64,000 nt of DNA from a bacterium (GTDB lineage Bacteria; Patescibacteriota; 4484-211; GCA-002791395): positions 46,032 through 110,031 of the forward strand of contig JALWZS010000038.1 in the NCBI GenBank assembly GCA_027002475.1, in the 5' to 3' direction. Below are positions 59,575 to 64,000 of the stretch, one piece after another. Position numbers and translations under genes: made by a program. Position 1 is the stretch's first letter; every line of letters begins with the position of its first letter. The notes below the pieces were generated by a model, which worked only from the letters and a program-made list of their open reading frames with translations, was not told the DNA's origin and made no database searches.

Positions 59575-59607
59575 GGGGTAAAGTCTTTATGGCTTTACCC
59601 CTTTTTT
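59575..59607 (+). terminator. intrinsic terminator
   Basis: GGGGTAAAGTC-TTTAT-GGCTTTACCCC-TTTTTT. Confidence 0.85.
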
Positions 59608-59683
59608 ATTCGTGCTCGATCTTGTTTGCTATTTACTTATTTCCCATTTCCTATTACTCTAAAATAAAAAGGGGGTGATTTGT

Positions 59684-59845
59684 ATGCCAGATTTTTTTAG
59701 CGACGAACAAGATAAATACCAAGAAGACCCAATGGTTACCATGGTAAAAGAACTAAAAGACATTAAAGAGTATATGAAAAGACTAACCGAAGACGTAAAG
59801 CGAATAATGGAGGATGTGAATAGGATGGAGAGGAAGCTTAAATAA
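59684..59845 (+). CDS. 53-aa coiled-coil small protein (absent from ORF track)
   Basis: GGGGGTGA SD; MPDFFSDEQDKYQEDPMVTMVKELKDIKEYMKRLTEDVKRIMEDVNRMERKLK. Confidence 0.6.
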   Translation: MPDFFSDEQDKYQEDPMVTMVKELKDIKEYMKRLTEDVKRIMEDVNRMERKLK

Positions 59846-59849
59846 AGAA

Positions 59850-59957
59850 AGTCTAGAGTGGTAGGGTTTAAGCGTTTTAGTGTTGGAGCGTGAGTTTTTT
59901 GTATCCCATTGACCCTTTAACTCTAAGTTTGTGAAACAAACAACCCTCCAGCCCTAC
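59850..59957. repeat. octamer-type imperfect hairpin
   Basis: AGTGGTAGGGTTTAAGCGTTTTAGTGTTGGAGCG and ACCCTTTAAC...AACCCTCCAGCCCTACT. Confidence 0.6.
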
Positions 59958-60010
59958 TATATATTGACATATATAGTCTACCTATGCTATACATTTTTCA
60001 TAGGTTATAA
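59956..60010 (+). promoter_or_regulatory. recA promoter region with two inverted repeats
   Basis: ACTATATA-TTGACA-TATATAGT and ACCTATG-N12-CATAGGT; TATAAT near the ATG. Confidence 0.7.
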
Positions 60011-60019
60011 TCAGTACGC

Positions 60020-61120
60020 ATGACATCCGATAACCAACGCCAACAAGCTGTTGCAGCAGCAATGGAACAAATTGAAAAACAGTTTGGCAAAGGCGCAATT
60101 ATGCGACTTGGCGAAAAAAGTCACATTGAAGGAGTTCAAGTTGTCCCAACAGGTTCAATTGCACTGGATCTTGCTTTAGGTATTGGTGGTGTTCCAAAAG
60201 GGCGAATTATTGAGATCTTTGGTCCTGAGTCGAGCGGAAAAACCACATTGGCTCTTCATATTCTTGGTAACGCTCAAAAACAAGGTGGAGTCGCCGCATT
60301 TGTTGACGCAGAACATGCTTTAGATCCGATTTATGCAGGTAAATTAGGCGTTGATTTAGAAAGCCTTCTTGTTGCTCAGCCTGATACGGGAGAGCAGGCA
60401 CTAGAAATTGTAGAGACACTGGTTCGTTCTGGTGGGGTTGACGTTATCGTTGTTGACTCCGTTGCAGCATTAGTGCCGCGCGCAGAGATTGAAGGTGACA
60501 TGGGCGATTCGCATATGGGTCTTCAGGCTAGACTTATGAGTCAAGCTCTTCGAAAACTAACAGGAGCAATTAATAAGTCAAACGCTACGGTTATCTTTAT
60601 TAACCAACTTCGAATGAAAATTGGTGTGATGTTCGGTAATCCTGAAACCACAACTGGTGGACGTGCATTAAAGTTTTACTCATCTGTGCGCTTAGATATC
60701 CGAAGAATTGGCTCGATAAAACAAGGTGACCAGGATTTGGGTAACCGAGTGCGTGTAAAGGTGGTTAAAAACAAGATGGCGCCGCCGTTTAAAGTTGCAG
60801 AGTTTGACATTATTTATGGTGAAGGAATTAGTAAAGAAGGGAGTCTGATTGATGTTGGGGTTGAGCTTGGAATTATAAATAAGTCTGGTTCGTGGTTTAG
60901 TTATGGGGAGCAGAAGTTAGGACAAGGTAGGGAATCCGTTCGTGAGTTACTTAAAGAAAATCAAGAGCTTGCAAAAAGGATAGAAAAAGAGATTCTAACT
61001 GAGATGAAAAATCAAGGCGCACCACTTGTTTTGGGTGTTGAGGAGGAAGATGTAAATGTAGAAAAAGAAGCTAATCCGGAGCCTGAGACGAGTGAAGAGA
61101 AGTCTAAAGGTAAAAAGTAG
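60020..61120 (+). CDS. recA: recombinase RecA
   Basis: [30 protein letters not shown]. Confidence 0.99.
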   Translation: MTSDNQRQQAVAAAMEQIEKQFGKGAIMRLGEKSHIEGVQVVPTGSIALDLALGIGGVPKGRIIEIFGPESSGKTTLALHILGNAQKQGGVAAFVDAEHALDPIYAGKLGVDLESLLVAQPDTGEQALEIVETLVRSGGVDVIVVDSVAALVPRAEIEGDMGDSHMGLQARLMSQALRKLTGAINKSNATVIFINQLRMKIGVMFGNPETTTGGRALKFYSSVRLDIRRIGSIKQGDQDLGNRVRVKVVKNKMAPPFKVAEFDIIYGEGISKEGSLIDVGVELGIINKSGSWFSYGEQKLGQGRESVRELLKENQELAKRIEKEILTEMKNQGAPLVLGVEEEDVNVEKEANPEPETSEEKSKGKK

Positions 61121-61134
61121 CCCACTTTTACTTC

Positions 61135-61560
61135 GTAACAAATTTCAATTTACAAATTCCAAACTGGTCAAATAAACATCAAATAACAAGCTTGAATAAT
61201 CAAACGTTCAAAGTATTAGCAGTTTGTAACGTTTGTGATTTGCGTGGCTTGGAATTTGTTTGTGGTTTCGTTTTTGTGATTTGGATCTTGTACTCTGTTA
61301 TTGGTGCTTGGTAAGTGCTATCATCGTTCGTCACTGCGAACGAGTAATAGCGAGTGTGGCAGTCTAACGCGTTTAGCGTCATCGCGAAAAAGTCGCATAG
61401 CGATCTGGTGTAGCGATCTAACAACGGTAGATTGCCACGCCACTTTGTGGCTCGCAACGACTAGAGTTTTAAGTGAAACTTCCTGTTTGCAATTTGATGT
61501 TTGGGGTTTGTAACTTATTTAACTTATAATGTTTGCAGTATTTGTTGTGTTTGCAACTTG
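61135..61560. repeat. composite intergenic repeat: heptamer hairpin plus GTC...GAC elements
   Basis: CAAATTTCAATTTACAAATTCCAAA.../TTTGTGATTTG..., and GTCACTGCGA...AGATTGCCACG...CTCGCAACGAC (61330-61461). Confidence 0.75.
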
Positions 61561-61567
61561 ACCTATT

Positions 61568-62209
61568 ATGCCTAAAGTAACGAACTTAACCCCTCAAAAA
61601 AAAGATCCACGTAGATACAATTTGTTTATTGATGATAAGTTTTTTTGTGGGATTGATGAGTCTTTGATTTTAACTTTTAAGCTTAAAAAAGGTATTGAAC
61701 TAGATAAAGAAACTCTAGAAAAAATTTTTTCACAATCAAAATTAAACAAGATTTACAACCGCGCGCTTGATTATTTAGCCAGGCGTCCAAGATCTGAAAA
61801 GGAGATGAGGGACTACATAAAAGAGAAAATCACAAAGTACAAAATACAAATTTCAAACGATGAAGATCTAAATTCTACTATCGAGAGTTTGGTTGATAGG
61901 CTGAAGTCGTTTAACTACATCAATGATTTAGAATTTGCGAAGTGGTGGGTAGAGCAACGGATTGAGCGTAGTAAACCTTCAGGTCTTATAAAAATTAAAT
62001 CGGAGCTATTTAAAAAAGGTGTCGATAAAAGTATTGTTGAAAAGGCTTGGGAAGAGTTAGCGCCTAGTGAAAAGGACTTAGCTAAAGCACATTTCGAAAA
62101 AGTTGCCAGTAAGTATGACTTAACAAACCAAAAAGATAAAAAAAGGTTGGTTAACTACATGTTACGGCAAGGGTTTAAATGGAGCATAATAAAAGATATG
62201 TTAAAATAA
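61568..62209 (+). CDS. recX: regulatory protein RecX
   Basis: RYNLFID, ALDYLARRPRSEKE, ELFKKGV, RQGF; follows recA. Confidence 0.9.
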   Translation: MPKVTNLTPQKKDPRRYNLFIDDKFFCGIDESLILTFKLKKGIELDKETLEKIFSQSKLNKIYNRALDYLARRPRSEKEMRDYIKEKITKYKIQISNDEDLNSTIESLVDRLKSFNYINDLEFAKWWVEQRIERSKPSGLIKIKSELFKKGVDKSIVEKAWEELAPSEKDLAKAHFEKVASKYDLTNQKDKKRLVNYMLRQGFKWSIIKDMLK

Positions 62210-62228
62210 GCCTTGCTACAAACGAGAA

Positions 62229-63626
62229 ATGAGTGATCAGAATACGTTAGACAAGTTATTAGAAAAATTTACGGCAGATTCAAGTATCGCCAAAGAGTTA
62301 AAAGATGCAGCGCGCGAGTTGGTTCTTGAAGCAAAAACCCAAGCGCTTGATGTTAGACAACAAGCAGAATCAAAACTTGAAGAGGTCGAGGCGCAGGAGG
62401 AAACTATAAAAAAACTAAGGGGGCGTCTTGAGGCTAGAATAAAGGAACTAGACGAACTTTATGAAAAGGAGGCTAGTGAGCTAGAGAAACTTCATACACT
62501 ATCCAAAAAGGAGGCTGAGGAAAAGCTACTTAGCGTTATTGATAAAGAATTGGCGCAGGAGTATGCGAGAAGAATTAGAGAAAACGAAGACAAGATAAAG
62601 ACAGAGTCAGATAAGCGTGCAAGACAGATTCTTGTTACTGCAATGCAAAGGATTGGAACTGAAAACGTCTCGGAATATACACTTTACACAGTAGAACTTC
62701 CTGACGAAGATATAAAAGGTCGAATTATTGGTAAAGGCGGGCAGAACATAAAGGCATTCGAAGAGGCCACAGGCGTTAGTGTTGAGATTGGCGAACCAGG
62801 CGAGCCAATTGTTACCGTATCTAGTTTTGATCCTGTCAAGCGTGAAGTGGCACGGCTTGCAATGGAGAAATTAGTCGCAGATGGTCGCATTCAGCCAACT
62901 CGAATTGAGGAAATGGTAAAGTCTGCTCAAAAAGAGGTCGATCAAGTTGTTCGTGAGGCGGGTGAGGATTTGCTTTATAGAGCCGGCGTAACTGGGTTCC
63001 CACAAGAGATTGTTGAACTTCTTGGACGACTTAAATTTAGGAGCTCTTATGGACAAAACATGATCGAGCATACCTTAGAGGTGACAAAGCTTGGGTCCGC
63101 TATTGCCGCTGAGGTTGGAGCTGATGTTGAAATCGTTAAAAAGGCATGTTTGTTGCATGACATAGGGAAAGCCATTACCGCAGAAACAGACAAGGGGCAT
63201 GCCGAGGTCGGGGCTGAGCTTGCTAGACGATATGGCATTCCTGAAGAGGTGGTCGTTGCGTTCGAGGATCATCATACAGAAAACTTTAAAACTCTTGAGG
63301 CGGTTATAATGTATATTGCCGATGCTATCTCTGGTGCAAGACCAGGCGCGCGAAAAGAAGACTACGAAGGTTATGTCAAGCGAATTAAAGAACTTGAAGA
63401 AATTGCAGATTCGTTTGCTGGGGTTGAAAAAAGCTATGCACTAGCAGCTGGGAAAGAGGTTAGAGTTGTTGTTAACCCAGCAGAAATTACCGATGCGGAG
63501 ATGTTTAAACTAGCCCATGATATTGCTGCTGCTATTCATGACAAAATAACAGATTTTCCTGCACCAATTCGAGTAAACGTTGTACGTGAAACTAGGGCCA
63601 GCGCTCTGGCAAAGCCTGGCAATTAA
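62229..63626 (+). CDS. rny: ribonuclease Y
   Basis: KH motif KGRIIGKGG, DGRIQP, HD motif LLHDIGKA, ADAISGARPGAR. Confidence 0.95.
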   Translation: MSDQNTLDKLLEKFTADSSIAKELKDAARELVLEAKTQALDVRQQAESKLEEVEAQEETIKKLRGRLEARIKELDELYEKEASELEKLHTLSKKEAEEKLLSVIDKELAQEYARRIRENEDKIKTESDKRARQILVTAMQRIGTENVSEYTLYTVELPDEDIKGRIIGKGGQNIKAFEEATGVSVEIGEPGEPIVTVSSFDPVKREVARLAMEKLVADGRIQPTRIEEMVKSAQKEVDQVVREAGEDLLYRAGVTGFPQEIVELLGRLKFRSSYGQNMIEHTLEVTKLGSAIAAEVGADVEIVKKACLLHDIGKAITAETDKGHAEVGAELARRYGIPEEVVVAFEDHHTENFKTLEAVIMYIADAISGARPGARKEDYEGYVKRIKELEEIADSFAGVEKSYALAAGKEVRVVVNPAEITDAEMFKLAHDIAAAIHDKITDFPAPIRVNVVRETRASALAKPGN

Positions 63627-63643
63627 TATTTGGGCTTGCGATT

Positions 63644-64000
63644 ATGGCTACAAAAGACAAAGAACTAACTTTCCTTTTCATCGGGGATATTGTCGCAAGA
63701 CCAGGTCGACAAGTTGTAAAAGAATTACTTCCTAAGTTAAAAGAGGACTTAAGTATTGATGTAGTTATTGCAAACGTGGAAAACTTGGCTGGAGGAAAGG
63801 GGATTACGAACTCCACTATTTACGAGATGATGAGTGCTGGTGTAGATTTATTTACTGGCGGAAATCATATCTTCTTCCAAGAAGAGTCGCAGGAGCTTTT
63901 AAACGATGAATCGCTTAACATTATCCGTCCTGCTAATTACAGCGAGGATACTCCCGGACGTGGGTTTTTATTTTACGAACATAATGGGGTCAAAATTTTA
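63644..64000 (+). CDS. ymdB: YmdB-family metallophosphoesterase, 3'-truncated by window edge
   Basis: Manual translation LFIGDIVARPGR...IANVENLAGGKGIT...TGGNH...IRPANY; follows rny. Confidence 0.9.
   Translation, partial: MATKDKELTFLFIGDIVARPGRQVVKELLPKLKEDLSIDVVIANVENLAGGKGITNSTIYEMMSAGVDLFTGGNHIFFQEESQELLNDESLNIIRPANYSEDTPGRGFLFYEHNGVKIL

Noticed and set aside
61200-61513. Short ORFs between recA and recX
   Set aside because: They are translations of the repeat elements.

Overview
Core-genome segment of a reduced bacterium. It is inferred to be Patescibacteria/CPR (WWE3/Microgenomates-like) from the short AlaRS, the FtsA-like plus baseplate-J-like gene pair, the truncated ATP synthase delta and many leaderless genes; standard genetic code. 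Housekeeping content: ung (partial), rnj, rpsL-rpsG-fusA-tuf-rpsJ, alaS, ruvX, tatD, secY-adk-map-infA-rpmJ-rpsM-rpsK-rpsD-rpoA-rplQ-rplM-rpsI, tRNA-Pro, tRNA-Val, a full F1Fo atp operon and recA-recX-rny-ymdB (partial). The most notable accessory signals are: (1) a ~11 kb cluster of large exported Cys-rich proteins with lysozyme-like, clan-A glycoside hydrolase, M23 and beta-propeller domains, where one M23 domain appears split across two genes; (2) a BlaI/CopY-M56-CcdA-DsbA unit plus a multicopper oxidase that share an 18-bp operator-like palindrome; (3) an unannotated leader peptide plus hairpin ahead of an ABC exporter; (4) dispersed 7/8-mer tandem-repeat hairpins and GTC...GAC palindromes inside core operons, some contributing coding sequence; (5) two palindromes on the recA promoter; (6) a cluster of four tiny ORFs with their own expression signals. 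All domain calls come from visual motif recognition; no searches were run.
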